Assembly (NCBI GenBank): GCA_045656865.1
Contig: JAZOSB010000007.1
Location: 8,335 to 72,334, forward strand
Direction: 5' to 3'
DNA length: 64,000 nt
Source of the DNA: Clostridia bacterium
Lineage (GTDB): Bacteria; Bacillota; Clostridia; UMGS1883
A program made the translations under genes and the position numbers. Under the pieces are notes generated by a model. It was not told where the DNA came from and ran no database searches. It worked only from the letters and a program-made list of their open reading frames with translations. Of the stretch, positions 18,612 to 28,804 are shown piece after piece (position 1 is the stretch's first letter; every line of letters begins with the position of its first letter).

Positions 18612-19232
18612 TTATTTTACATAACTGTCAAATATTGCTTCCATTTTTGCGTGCTGTGGAGCGAGGAACATAGAAACGAATGTTCCCTTTTTTTCTACTG
18701 TACATTGCTGTGCAAGTGCGTAATTCTCGGGGTCGTAGGATTTGGACTGCTCCTTAACCTCAGAAAGTCTGGTGCCGAGCAGCAGCTGAATCATTTCAGC
18801 GGCTTCCTCGGAAACGGCTTCAATCATAACGATTTCATCAGGGAAAGCACCCTCAATGGTAACAAATGAAGCCGCCTGCTTAACGAGTGAAGTATCTATT
18901 CCGTAAAGACTTTCAAGTCTTGCTGTCGGAACATCAAGAGGGTCAGAAACACCTGCGCCTGATACAATTGCATTTTTGACTGCATTTAAGTCCACAGAGG
19001 CAGTCTTGGGTTCTTCCTTGGAAGAAGGCTCTTCAGAAGCTTCCTCAGGGGTTTCTTCTGCTTCTGCGGGAGCCTCGGGTGTGCTTTCAGCCTCATCAGG
19101 CTGTGTTTCTTCTGAAACCTGCTTTTCAGGGTTGTTTTCGGTAGCAGGAGCTTCATTTTCTCCGCAACCGCTGAAGCATACTGTAAAGAGCATTACCATA
19201 GCAAGAAATATACTGAGTTTTTTCATAATCAT
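18612..19232 (-). CDS. DUF4358-like lipoprotein with acidic linker
   Basis: Lipobox FSGC, Glu/Pro-rich low-complexity linker, conserved C-terminal domain; this family commonly neighbours MBOAT/DHHW pairs. Confidence 0.55.
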   Translation of the reverse strand: MIMKKLSIFLAMVMLFTVCFSGCGENEAPATENNPEKQVSEETQPDEAESTPEAPAEAEETPEEASEEPSSKEEPKTASVDLNAVKNAIVSGAGVSDPLDVPTARLESLYGIDTSLVKQAASFVTIEGAFPDEIVMIEAVSEEAAEMIQLLLGTRLSEVKEQSKSYDPENYALAQQCTVEKKGTFVSMFLAPQHAKMEAIFDSYVK

Positions 19233-19245
19233 TCTTCCTCCAAAA

Positions 19246-20613
19246 TTATCTTAATTCTTCAGGAACGTGAGTCCTTAAATAATCAATCCATACCATATCA
19301 CCGGTTTTGGTGAAGTGGATACCCATACCGCCAAAATCACTGCAGTATTCTCTTATCAGGTAGCCATTGGAGTCTGTAACAACCTCAGAAATATTAATAA
19401 AATACCATTTGTTATCTTTGCAAACCTGTTCAAGTCGGGCATTGTACTGAGCTATTTTTGTATTGTTAAGCTTTGAACCTTTTATGTTGCTGCTGCTTGC
19501 GATGGGAGTAACCGACTGCATAAAAATCTTCACATGGGGAGATTTTTCAAGAATCCTGTTAGCGAGGGTTACAATGTTTCCGATTTCTTCCTCAACGCCG
19601 AAGCTGATTCCATTCATTCCAAGCATTATGTAAACCTTGTCAACACCGCTTGCCAAAACCGCATCCTCGACCGTCATCTTTACACCCTTGTATGATGGGT
19701 GGATGGCATTTGTTGTGTTGAGGGGCTGTAGGGCGTTACGGGCACTCATACTTCCTGCACAGAGGAATGTTGCATTTCCCAACGCCCCCGTAGCGGCACA
19801 GTAATTTTTAAGTGAAAGTGTTACGGAGTCGCCAACGAGTGCACAGCTGTCAAAGTAGCTTATATCAACGGCAGGTCCTTTTTGAACACGGGGAATGAAG
19901 TATGAAATATATGAATCATACAAGCTGTCATAAGCATTAGGAGAAGTGTTTATCTCGGAGTCGGATTTTTTTGAATCTGCCGCTTTTTTGAACTTGTACA
20001 CGATTGATGCAGCTTCATTTCGTTTGATAAAGCGGTAGGGATAGAAATACCCGTTTTCATACCCGTTTATCATATCAGCCATTTTGCATACTGCCACTGC
20101 TGAACGGGCATAGGCGTTTATATCAAGAGAATCCTTGAACTGGACGGGTTCATTGACCTTTTTCAGCCCTATGTCAAATTTATGAGCATAGCGTATTATA
20201 AATGTTGCAACCTGCTCTCTCGTGATGCTTTTATCTGCACCGAAGAGGTCGGGATAGATACCTGCCGCAATACCGTTTTCATATGCCCAGCAAATTGCAT
20301 TGTAATATCTGTCCTCAGCGGATATGTCGGCAAAGGGACATTCCTTTTCGGGCGTGTAGCTGTCATTTTGTGAAAGATACATCATATAAAGATAATTGAC
20401 TACCCCTGCGCGGGTTTCATATGTTTCGGGTAAAAACTCCTCCGCATCCTCAATAATATCTGCTTTGTTAAGGGCGGAAACCGCTTCGTAAAACCACATT
20501 TCCTCAGACACATCGGAAAAGGGGTTTTCCCACGGAGCCTCCGTCTGTGCGCAGATGGGAAGAAGGCAAATCATCAATACTATACACAGGGGGAGTATCA
20601 AATGCTTTCTCAT
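19246..20613 (-). CDS. Secreted protein with three SLH (S-layer homology) domains and a C-terminal SGNH/GDSL hydrolase domain
   Basis: Signal peptide; three SLH-like repeats (FSDVSEEMWFYEAV.., FADISAEDRYYNAI.., FKDSLDINAYARSAV..); GDS motif (LVGDSVT); start at MRKHLIL (the ORF track start at 20787 extends into the cls terminator region). Confidence 0.75.
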   Translation of the reverse strand: MRKHLILPLCIVLMICLLPICAQTEAPWENPFSDVSEEMWFYEAVSALNKADIIEDAEEFLPETYETRAGVVNYLYMMYLSQNDSYTPEKECPFADISAEDRYYNAICWAYENGIAAGIYPDLFGADKSITREQVATFIIRYAHKFDIGLKKVNEPVQFKDSLDINAYARSAVAVCKMADMINGYENGYFYPYRFIKRNEAASIVYKFKKAADSKKSDSEINTSPNAYDSLYDSYISYFIPRVQKGPAVDISYFDSCALVGDSVTLSLKNYCAATGALGNATFLCAGSMSARNALQPLNTTNAIHPSYKGVKMTVEDAVLASGVDKVYIMLGMNGISFGVEEEIGNIVTLANRILEKSPHVKIFMQSVTPIASSSNIKGSKLNNTKIAQYNARLEQVCKDNKWYFINISEVVTDSNGYLIREYCSDFGGMGIHFTKTGDMVWIDYLRTHVPEELR

Positions 20614-20730
20614 CCTAAAGACCACTCTTTCTGGGTAATTATTATAAAAGTAATGATAACATATATTATGCGAAAAAACAACATTTTTTGTCAAAATAAG
20701 GATAAAAAAGTTAATATTTTGAAATACGTA

Positions 20731-20764
20731 TAAAAAATCCCGAAAAGCTACTTCTTTTCGGGAT
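20731..20764 (-). terminator. Rho-independent terminator downstream of cls
   Basis: ATCCCGAAAAG-ctactt-CTTTTCGGGAT followed by TTTTTTA on the minus strand. Confidence 0.55.
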
Positions 20765-20770
20765 GCAAAA

Positions 20771-22303
20771 TCACATAAGCGGGGCAAAAAGCCTTAGCAA
20801 TGCGTTTAGAATTTTTTTGAAAATATTAGGACTTGTACAGCTTTGGGGCGTTATCACAGTGCATTTTTCGAGCGTTTGTTCAAAATCACTTTTTATAGAG
20901 TTAACAACAGGGCTGTCAAGAAACCAGCAGGCACATTCAAAATGAAGATACAAGCTTCTGTAATCCAGATTAATGCTTCCTACAACCGCAACCTCATCAT
21001 CACTTAAAAAGGTTTTTCCGTGAATAAAGCCCGGCTCGTATTCATAAAGCCTTACCCCTGCGTCCAAAAGCTCTTTATAGTAGCTGTATCCCACAGCCCG
21101 CACATACCAGTGGTCGGCTACCCGCGGACAGATTATTTTTATATCAATTCCGCTGTATGCCGCATTTTTAAGAGCCACTACCATCTCGTGGTCAAGGACA
21201 AGATAGGGGGTGGTGATATAGACGTATTTTTTTGCCTTGTTTATTATGTCAAGATACACCGTTTCTCCTGTCTGGAATTTATCGTGGGGCATATCGCAAT
21301 AGGGCATAACAAAGCCGCAATATGATTCGTTTTCGGAACAAACCTCAGGCTCAAATTGGGTTATATCCTCACTTTGGTTTGAAATATGATTCCATAGAGT
21401 GAGGAACATTCTTGAAAAACAAAATGCTGCATCCCCTTTAACCATAACCGACATATCCTTCCAATGTCCGTAAGGATAGCCTATGTTTATATATTCGTCG
21501 GAAAGGTTTGTTCCTCCCGTGTACGCTACAGTTCCGTCAATAACCATAATTTTTCTGTGGTCGCGGTTGTTCTGAAGTGCGGAAAGAAAGGGGGTAAAGG
21601 GGGAGAATACTCTGCATTTTATACCGTAGCTTTCAAGAATTTTGGGGTATTTTTTGGGAAGAGTAACCATGCTACCCATTCCGTCATACATAACCCTGAC
21701 ATCTACGCCCTCTGCGGCTTTCTTTTTAAGCACCTCTAAAATTGAATCCCACATCTGCCCTTCGCCGATAATAAAAAATTCAATAAATATATATTTTGTT
21801 GCTTTTTTAAGCTCACAAATCATACTTTCAAGCATATCCTCGCCCTGCGGAAAATATTCGGCAGAGGATGCTTTATACGCATTCATTCCCGACACATTGT
21901 TAATATATTTTACAATGGATGAGCGGTGAGGGAATTTTTCGGATATTTCCTCTAAAATCTCTTCTTTTTGGGGGTATTTTCCGTTGATCTTTTTTTCCAG
22001 TGCCGAAAGGCTTTGAAAATAATTTTTGGTGTGCATTTGTCCCGTTATAAAAAGATAAAACAGACCGCCAAATAAAGGGACCATAAGAATCGGCACAACC
22101 CACGCAAGCTTATACGAGGGGTTGGAGTGCCTGTTTATAATAATAACTACGGTGATGATGCTTATTATCTGCAGTGCTATATCAAGGTAAAGAAAATATT
22201 CGCTTATACGCATAAGAGAAGCAACTATTGCCAAAAGCTGCAGCACAAGAAGTATGCTTACAATTGTTGCCTGACTGAACAGTCCTTTTAAAAATTTACG
22301 CAT
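20771..22303 (-). CDS. cls: Cardiolipin synthase (phospholipase D superfamily)
   Basis: Two HKD motifs (DHRKIMVIDG and IHGKTFLSDD), N-terminal TM helices. Confidence 0.9.
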   Translation of the reverse strand: MRKFLKGLFSQATIVSILLVLQLLAIVASLMRISEYFLYLDIALQIISIITVVIIINRHSNPSYKLAWVVPILMVPLFGGLFYLFITGQMHTKNYFQSLSALEKKINGKYPQKEEILEEISEKFPHRSSIVKYINNVSGMNAYKASSAEYFPQGEDMLESMICELKKATKYIFIEFFIIGEGQMWDSILEVLKKKAAEGVDVRVMYDGMGSMVTLPKKYPKILESYGIKCRVFSPFTPFLSALQNNRDHRKIMVIDGTVAYTGGTNLSDEYINIGYPYGHWKDMSVMVKGDAAFCFSRMFLTLWNHISNQSEDITQFEPEVCSENESYCGFVMPYCDMPHDKFQTGETVYLDIINKAKKYVYITTPYLVLDHEMVVALKNAAYSGIDIKIICPRVADHWYVRAVGYSYYKELLDAGVRLYEYEPGFIHGKTFLSDDEVAVVGSINLDYRSLYLHFECACWFLDSPVVNSIKSDFEQTLEKCTVITPQSCTSPNIFKKILNALLRLFAPLM

Positions 22304-22317
22304 AACGAATCACTCCA

Positions 22318-23724
22318 TTAATAGGAAATTTCGACAGTTCTGGTGTCGGGATTCCATTCCACCCCGGCATTTACTGACTCCGAAACAAATCTGACGGGCA
22401 CTACGTTGGAGCCATTGATGTTAATAGGCACTGCCTTGTAATCAGAAAGAGTTTCGTTCAAGGTGATTTCTCCCTTTGGTGTTATTATTACAGTATCGGT
22501 ATCCTTTATACAGGTAACATTGCCTGTTGATTTTTCCCATGAAACGGTATATCCCATCATTTCCATAAGTGCACGGAGGGGGACATATGTTCTCCCATCT
22601 TTGATAATAGGTGCAGCATTATCAAAACGTACATTTTCCCCATTATAATTCACATAAACGGGTGTGCTGAAAGGAATACCCATATACAGTGCAAAGCTTT
22701 TTGCATAAGTGCCCTGAGAAGCCTGCAATGTCATTTTTCCGCAACCGGAAAATGCATATTCGTCAATCCATTCAACGCTTCCGGGAACGCATACAAGCCT
22801 TAACTCGCTGCAGCTTGCAAAAGCCATGGAATCTATATAAATAACACTGTCTGATACATATACACTTCTGAGTGTTTCGTTTGCCATAAATGCTCCGCTT
22901 CCGATAGCGGTGATTCCGTCGGGAATATCAACGTGAATATCTCCGCCCTTGTAGGAAACTAAAATGCCGTTAACCACGACAAAATCAGTGTCCTGCCCGT
23001 AAATCCACGCAGTATCGTCAAAAGCACCGGCTCCTATGTGAGAAACGGTAGTGGGTATGGTTATTTTCTCAAGGTTTTTACAATGCACAAAGGCATTATC
23101 ACCGATTTTCTCTACTGTGGAGGGAAGAAAAACCTCCTTTATAGCTTCGTTGTATGCAAATGCATTTGAAGCAATGATTTTTACTCCCGAGGGGATATTT
23201 ACAACCTCTGCTATGCCGTTGTAACGCAGAAGTGTGGAAGTTCCCAACATTACAAATTCGGAAGAGGAATCGATAACCCAGTTAGTGTTGTCAAAAGCAC
23301 TTGATTCTACATAACCGGGGAGTCCTTTCATATTGACGTATGAGAGGTTTGTGCAGTTAGCAAAAGCCTTGTTTCCTATATATGAAACAGTAGAGCTTAT
23401 CTCAATTCTCGAAAGATTGGGGCAGGCTGCAAATGCCTCTGCCGATACCGTTGTAATTCCGTCGGGAATTATAACGCTTGTCAGCGTGGGAGAGCCTGCA
23501 AAGGCACGATAGCCGATTGAAACAACATTGTACCCACCCAAGGATGTAGGGATGGTAATATCCTTGGGTTCTCCTGCAAAACCGGTAATTGTGCCCGAAG
23601 CCTTGTCAAGAAAATAAAGCACATTGCCAACCTTGTAAACTGGAATTCTGGGTGCTGCAAGAGTGTGAAGCTGTGCTGTTAATATTATAAGCAAAAGTGA
23701 AATTACAATCTTTAGTTTTTTCAT
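22318..23724 (-). CDS. Cell-surface leucine-rich-repeat protein (BspA-type LRR) with C-terminal copper-amine-oxidase-N-terminal-like domain
   Basis: Signal peptide, repeated about 23-aa LRR units (..AFxxCxxLxxIxIPxxVxxIGxxAF..), C-terminal GRTYVPLRALMEMMG motif. Confidence 0.7.
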   Translation of the reverse strand: MKKLKIVISLLLIILTAQLHTLAAPRIPVYKVGNVLYFLDKASGTITGFAGEPKDITIPTSLGGYNVVSIGYRAFAGSPTLTSVIIPDGITTVSAEAFAACPNLSRIEISSTVSYIGNKAFANCTNLSYVNMKGLPGYVESSAFDNTNWVIDSSSEFVMLGTSTLLRYNGIAEVVNIPSGVKIIASNAFAYNEAIKEVFLPSTVEKIGDNAFVHCKNLEKITIPTTVSHIGAGAFDDTAWIYGQDTDFVVVNGILVSYKGGDIHVDIPDGITAIGSGAFMANETLRSVYVSDSVIYIDSMAFASCSELRLVCVPGSVEWIDEYAFSGCGKMTLQASQGTYAKSFALYMGIPFSTPVYVNYNGENVRFDNAAPIIKDGRTYVPLRALMEMMGYTVSWEKSTGNVTCIKDTDTVIITPKGEITLNETLSDYKAVPININGSNVVPVRFVSESVNAGVEWNPDTRTVEISY

Positions 23725-23817
23725 TTATATCACCTCAAATTCATAATTATACAGGAAAAACGCCCTTTTGTCAAATTCGAAAGGTTTTGCATAAGGTATA
23801 GGGAAGGATGTGATATA

Positions 23818-24558
23818 ATGCCAAGAATATATTTAAGCCCCTCAACTCAGGAGGGCAATATGTATGTAATCGGCGGAAGTGAGGAGTATTATATGAACCT
23901 CATTGCCGATGCAATGATTCCGTATCTCAGGTCAAGCGGAATACAATACACAAGAAATAGTCCGGACTCGTCTGCTGCCGGCTCAATTGCTGAATCAAAC
24001 CGTGGAAATTATGATTTGCATCTTGCAATTCATTCAAATGCAGCACCTGAGGGACAGTACGGTACTTACAGAGGAGTAGATGTGTACTACTCGCCCATAA
24101 GCACGCGGGGAAGACGAGCGGCTGAAATTTTTGCAAGAAATCTGAAAAGTATTTATCCCCTTCCATCAAGGGTGCGTGCTATAAGCACAACAAGTATCGG
24201 AGAGGTTACCCAGACCCGTGCCCCTGCAGTTTTTCTTGAATTAGGGTATCACGACAACGTGCAGGATGCAACATGGGTAAGCAACAATATAGAAAGAATT
24301 GCCGCAAACTTAGTTCTTTCCCTGACAGAATATTTCGGAATCCCATTTGTAGAACCGATGACTCCTATGAGGGGCGTTGTGACACTGACCAGTGGCACCC
24401 TTAATCTTCGTTCCCGTCCAAACCGAAGTGCGAGAATAATTGCATCAATTCCAAACGGCTCACCGCTTACCGTTGTAGGGCAATGGCAGGACTGGTATGT
24501 AGTCAATTATCAGGGGCAGGTGGGATATGTGGCATCTCAATATGTAAATATAGTATAA
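23818..24558 (+). CDS. N-acetylmuramoyl-L-alanine amidase (Amidase_3 family) with C-terminal SH3-like domain
   Basis: Amidase_3 motifs (DLHLAIHSNA ... VFLELGYHDN) and C-terminal SH3_3-like segment (GTLNLRSRPN...GYVASQYV). Confidence 0.8.
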   Translation: MPRIYLSPSTQEGNMYVIGGSEEYYMNLIADAMIPYLRSSGIQYTRNSPDSSAAGSIAESNRGNYDLHLAIHSNAAPEGQYGTYRGVDVYYSPISTRGRRAAEIFARNLKSIYPLPSRVRAISTTSIGEVTQTRAPAVFLELGYHDNVQDATWVSNNIERIAANLVLSLTEYFGIPFVEPMTPMRGVVTLTSGTLNLRSRPNRSARIIASIPNGSPLTVVGQWQDWYVVNYQGQVGYVASQYVNIV

Positions 24559-24564
24559 ACATAC

Positions 24565-24593
24565 TTGAAAACGGATAAAAAATGGTGTATAAT
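24565..24593 (+). promoter_or_regulatory. Putative sigma-A promoter of the downstream membrane protein gene
   Basis: TTGAAA-17 nt-TATAAT, about 20 nt upstream of the AGGAGA RBS. Confidence 0.5.
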
Positions 24594-24614
24594 CATTTCT
24601 CAGGAGATGATTAT

Positions 24615-25277
24615 ATGTCAGGATTTGTACTCAGCGTATTTTTTGTTCTTTTAGCTTTTTCGTTAGTTATCAGTATTGTAAACCGTATTCCCAAAACAGG
24701 AAGGTATAACAGTGCAGCAGGTGAAAAAATTGAAGCTATGCTGACGAACGAAAACCGCACAGCTGAAAAGACTGCAACTATGAAGCTTACGGATAAATAC
24801 GGGAGGAAATACCGTGTAAAGCTGAAAGCCGACGAAGCAAGACTGTGGATAAAAGGTGATACTGTGGAAATACTTCTTTCTGAGAACAAGAGGATTTATC
24901 GAGTACTGTTCAACGATTATTTCAGAAATAACGAAGAGCGTATTCGTCAGCACGCAGTACAAAGGCTTGAGAAAACCGTAGAAAGAGGGTTTATTTCAAC
25001 CCGTCTGGTTGGAACCCAAAAAGAAAGCCTCCAGGCTTTTGTAAGCTCAGAGGCAGATTCCCGTGTTATATTTATATTTGCAACCTTTATGCGAATGATA
25101 GACACTTACAGTATTATTTCATTTTTTGCTACTGTACTGTTTTTGGTATGGCGTTCAGCTGTAAAGCCTGCTTTTTCACAAATGGCATTTCCGCTTGTCG
25201 TGGTGATTATAACATATTTTATGATATACAGTGCAGTAACGACATGCAAGGGCTTGCTCAAAAAATATACTAAATAA
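24615..25277 (+). CDS. Hypothetical membrane protein (N-terminal TM, soluble basic domain, two C-terminal TM)
   Basis: AGGAGATGATTAT-ATG start context; no recognisable family. Confidence 0.5.
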   Translation: MSGFVLSVFFVLLAFSLVISIVNRIPKTGRYNSAAGEKIEAMLTNENRTAEKTATMKLTDKYGRKYRVKLKADEARLWIKGDTVEILLSENKRIYRVLFNDYFRNNEERIRQHAVQRLEKTVERGFISTRLVGTQKESLQAFVSSEADSRVIFIFATFMRMIDTYSIISFFATVLFLVWRSAVKPAFSQMAFPLVVVIITYFMIYSAVTTCKGLLKKYTK

Positions 25278-26400
25278 TTTCAACCTTGCGGTCAAATTCC
25301 ATCCCTCCGTTAATGCCCCGCGCCAGATTGTATATGTCTGTGCAGCGACATTCAAAGGAGAAAATTTCATCATTTTTCAAAACGGCACCCCTTGAAGCTA
25401 CCGGCAGAGAGGCGGTGCTTTTCATTTTTTTCAGAATTTCTCCGCCTTTTTCGTTGAATGCAACGGGGCGTATATAGGTAGGAGAGGGGATTTCATCAAA
25501 AGAATTTCCCGTAATCATATTGCACAGTATACGACGAAGCCTGCTCTGGGTATAGCTCTTGCAGGATGCGGCAGAAACTATATCCTCAAAAGTATTATAT
25601 GCTGATGCATCTTTAAGCCTTGATGCAATTTCTGAGTTGCAGTCGTAAATGGAGGAAAGCTCCTCCTTGGAAATTGCTTTAAGCCGTGCGGCAACAATAA
25701 TATCAAATGCACTCATAAAAAGAGGCTTATCCACATAATTATAAAGCATATGCTCTTTTACACAATGACCTTCTCTTAGAAAATGCCTGATTCCCGAAGC
25801 GGACGGGATAGCAGTATCCTTTTCAATATCATTGTAACCGCTTCCCATTCGCTTTATAGTATGTGGAACAATACTAAGTTTTGACTTCTTTATTTCCCTT
25901 ATATATTCTATTGCAAGAGTGTTGTTTGGTGAGGAGAGGAGGTTCCCCTCGGGAATAATTTCCTGAAGAGCCTGCTGACGTGCGGCAGGGTAAGAGAGTC
26001 CCTCTTTCAGCTTTTCTGAAATAATTGATTTGAACAGAGGTGTTTCTTCATTTAATATATCTGCACACAAAGAAAGCTTTTCTATATCTCCGCACTCGCT
26101 TCCGAAATGAAGTTCATCGGCAATGTTGCAGGCGGCAAGAGTTTTTATTCCACCTTTTGCAAAACCCTCGGCGGAGGAAAGTGCATATACTGACGGAAGC
26201 TCCAGAACAAGGTCAACTCCGTTTTCTATTGCGGCTTTCGCACGCTCGCCCTTTTCAAAAACGGCACACTCACCACGCTGAACAAAATTACCGCTCATAA
26301 CGGCAATAACAGCATCGGACTGCTTCCTCATACTGTCCACAAGAAGCTTGTGACCGCGGTGAAAAGGATTAAATTCTGCAATTAAAGCGCTTATCTTCAT
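25270..26400 (-). CDS. tmcAL: tRNA(Met) cytidine acetate ligase TmcAL (YlbM/UPF0348 nucleotidyltransferase family)
   Basis: N-terminal IAEFNPFHRGH HIGH-like motif typical of TmcAL; about 376 aa. Confidence 0.8.
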   Translation of the reverse strand: MKISALIAEFNPFHRGHKLLVDSMRKQSDAVIAVMSGNFVQRGECAVFEKGERAKAAIENGVDLVLELPSVYALSSAEGFAKGGIKTLAACNIADELHFGSECGDIEKLSLCADILNEETPLFKSIISEKLKEGLSYPAARQQALQEIIPEGNLLSSPNNTLAIEYIREIKKSKLSIVPHTIKRMGSGYNDIEKDTAIPSASGIRHFLREGHCVKEHMLYNYVDKPLFMSAFDIIVAARLKAISKEELSSIYDCNSEIASRLKDASAYNTFEDIVSAASCKSYTQSRLRRILCNMITGNSFDEIPSPTYIRPVAFNEKGGEILKKMKSTASLPVASRGAVLKNDEIFSFECRCTDIYNLARGINGGMEFDRKVEII

Positions 26401-26427
26401 AAATTTACCTTCTTTTGAGAAAAAATT

Positions 26428-26456
26428 GTTGAAAATTGGATATTTCTATTATATAC
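26428..26456 (+). promoter_or_regulatory. Putative sigma-A promoter of pta-ackA
   Basis: TTGAAA-17 nt-TATACT, 38 nt upstream of the pta ATG. Confidence 0.5.
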
Positions 26457-26494
26457 TATATTAATGGAAAAATAAAGTTTTTGGAGGAATAAAA

Positions 26495-27496
26495 ATGAGT
26501 AAATTTTTAGATTCTATTAAAGAAAGGGCAAGAAGCGATAAAAAAACCATCGTTCTTCCCGAATCAATGGACAGACGTACATGGGAAGCGGCTGAAACTG
26601 TACTGAAAGAGGATATTGCAAATATCGTTATTATCGGTACTCCTGAAGAAGTAGCTGAAAATTCCAAGGGACTTGATATCTCCAAGGCTACAATCATTGA
26701 CCCCTTCAATTATGAAAAAACAGAAGAATACCTTAACCTTTTTGTTGAGCTCAGAAAGAGTAAGGGCGTTACATATGAGCAGGCGAAGGAAATCGTTCTC
26801 GGCGATTATATGTACTATGCCTGCCTTATGGTAAAAGCAGGTGACGCTGACGGCGTTGTTTCCGGTGCTTGTCACTCTACTGCAAACACTCTCCGTCCTT
26901 CTCTCCAGATTATAAAGACAAAGCCCGGTGTTAAGCTTGTATCAGCTTTCTTCCTTATGGTTGTTCCGGATTGCGAATTTGGTGCAAACGGCACATTCGT
27001 ATTTGCAGACAGCGGTCTTGTACAGAACCCCAATGCTGAAGAGCTTGCAGCAATTGCGGCATCCTCTGCAGAGAGTTTTGAACTCCTCGTTCAGGAGCCT
27101 GCTTATGTAGCAATGCTTTCTCACTCTACAAAGGGCAGTGCAGCTCACGCAGATGTTGATAAGGTTGTAGAAGCAACCAAGATTTGTAAGGAAACATTCC
27201 CCAATGTTATTGTAGATGGCGAGCTTCAGCTTGACGCAGCTATCGTTCCCTCTGTTGGTGAGTCCAAGGCACCCGGTTCTCCCGTTGCAGGCAGAGCAAA
27301 TGTTCTTGTTTACCCTGACCTTGATGCAGGTAACATTGGTTACAAGCTTGTACAGCGTCTTGCAAAGGCAGAAGCTTACGGCCCCGTTACACAGGGTATT
27401 GCAATGCCCATCAACGACCTTTCCAGAGGTTGCAGTGCAGAAGATATCGTAGGTGTTGTTGCTATTACAGCAGTTCAGGCACAGGCTAATAAATAA
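26495..27496 (+). CDS. pta: Phosphate acetyltransferase
   Basis: 333 aa PTA/PTB family; characteristic motifs ([22 protein letters not shown]). Confidence 0.95.
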   Translation: MSKFLDSIKERARSDKKTIVLPESMDRRTWEAAETVLKEDIANIVIIGTPEEVAENSKGLDISKATIIDPFNYEKTEEYLNLFVELRKSKGVTYEQAKEIVLGDYMYYACLMVKAGDADGVVSGACHSTANTLRPSLQIIKTKPGVKLVSAFFLMVVPDCEFGANGTFVFADSGLVQNPNAEELAAIAASSAESFELLVQEPAYVAMLSHSTKGSAAHADVDKVVEATKICKETFPNVIVDGELQLDAAIVPSVGESKAPGSPVAGRANVLVYPDLDAGNIGYKLVQRLAKAEAYGPVTQGIAMPINDLSRGCSAEDIVGVVAITAVQAQANK

Positions 27497-27534
27497 TAAA
27501 AGGTGTACATAATTCAGAAAGGAAGTATTATATA

Positions 27535-28728
27535 ATGAAAATTCTTGTTATAAACGCAGGAAGCTCATCCCTTAAATATCAGCTTATTGATATGGATACA
27601 AAGGAAGTTCTGGCAAAAGGTCTTTGTGAAAGAATTACGCTTGACGGAAGCAAGCTTAACCACACACCCAAGGGCGGTGATAAGGTTGTAATTGAAAGCC
27701 CCATGCCCACTCACGCAGAAGCAATCAAGCTTGTTATCGATGCTCTCGTTGACAAAAACCACGGCGTAATCGAATCTATGAGCGAAATCGGTGCAGTTGG
27801 CCACAGAGTTGTTCACGGCGGTGAAAGCTTCAGCGGCAGCGTAGTTATCACAGCAGAGGTTAAGAAAGCTATCGAAGAATGTATCGAGCTTGCTCCTCTT
27901 CACAATCCTGCAAATCTTATTGGTATTGAAGCTTGTGAAAAGGTTATGCCCGGTGTTACTCAGGTAGGTGTATTTGATACAGCTTTCCATCAGACAATGC
28001 CCGAGGAAGCATTCCTCTACGGTATTCCTTATGAATATTATGAAAAGTACAAAATCAGAAGATACGGCTTCCACGGTACAAGCCATAACTATGTATCTGG
28101 TAAGGCTGCAGAGCTTCTCGGCAAGGATATAAAGGATATTAATATCGTAACCTGCCACCTTGGTAACGGCTCTTCCGTTGCAGCTGTTAAGGGCGGAAAG
28201 GTAATCGATACAACAATGGGTCTTACTCCTCTCGCAGGTATCCTTATGGGTACAAGAAGCGGTGACATCGATCCTGCTATCGTTACATTCCTTATGGAAA
28301 AAGAAGGTCTTGGCATTGACGAAATCAACGCAGTTCTCAACAAGAAGAGCGGTGTGCTTGGCGTAAGCGGTGTGTCCAGTGACTTCCGTGACCTTTCCGC
28401 AGCAGCAGAAGACGGCAACAAGCGTGCTGAAGCAGCGCTTAAGATGTTCAGCTACGGTATCAGAAAATACATTGGTAGCTATGCAGCAGCTATGGGCGGT
28501 GTAGATGCAATCGTATTTACAGCAGGTGTTGGTGAGAACGACTGCGGTACAAGAAGTGCTATCGTTGAAGGACTTGAGTTCCTCGGTGTTAAGATTGACG
28601 CTGAAAAGAACAAGCTCCGCGGTCAGGCAATTGATGTTTCTGCAGAGGGTGCAACAGTAAGAACTCTTGTTATCCCTACAGATGAAGAAATGATGATTGC
28701 TATTGAAACTGAAAGATTGGCAAAATAA
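27535..28728 (+). CDS. ackA: Acetate kinase
   Basis: 397 aa; [16 protein letters not shown]-terminus and AckA/ASKHA signatures. Confidence 0.95.
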   Translation: MKILVINAGSSSLKYQLIDMDTKEVLAKGLCERITLDGSKLNHTPKGGDKVVIESPMPTHAEAIKLVIDALVDKNHGVIESMSEIGAVGHRVVHGGESFSGSVVITAEVKKAIEECIELAPLHNPANLIGIEACEKVMPGVTQVGVFDTAFHQTMPEEAFLYGIPYEYYEKYKIRRYGFHGTSHNYVSGKAAELLGKDIKDINIVTCHLGNGSSVAAVKGGKVIDTTMGLTPLAGILMGTRSGDIDPAIVTFLMEKEGLGIDEINAVLNKKSGVLGVSGVSSDFRDLSAAAEDGNKRAEAALKMFSYGIRKYIGSYAAAMGGVDAIVFTAGVGENDCGTRSAIVEGLEFLGVKIDAEKNKLRGQAIDVSAEGATVRTLVIPTDEEMMIAIETERLAK

Positions 28729-28731
28729 TTG

Positions 28732-28760
28732 TTGACAAGCGGAAAAAATGATAGTATAAT
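28732..28760 (+). promoter_or_regulatory. Consensus sigma-A promoter of yceD-rpmF
   Basis: Perfect TTGACA-17 nt-TATAAT. Confidence 0.6.
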
Positions 28761-28804
28761 AGATAAGCGCCTGTAAAAGAGGCACTGAAGGATAGGTGTT
28801 TATT

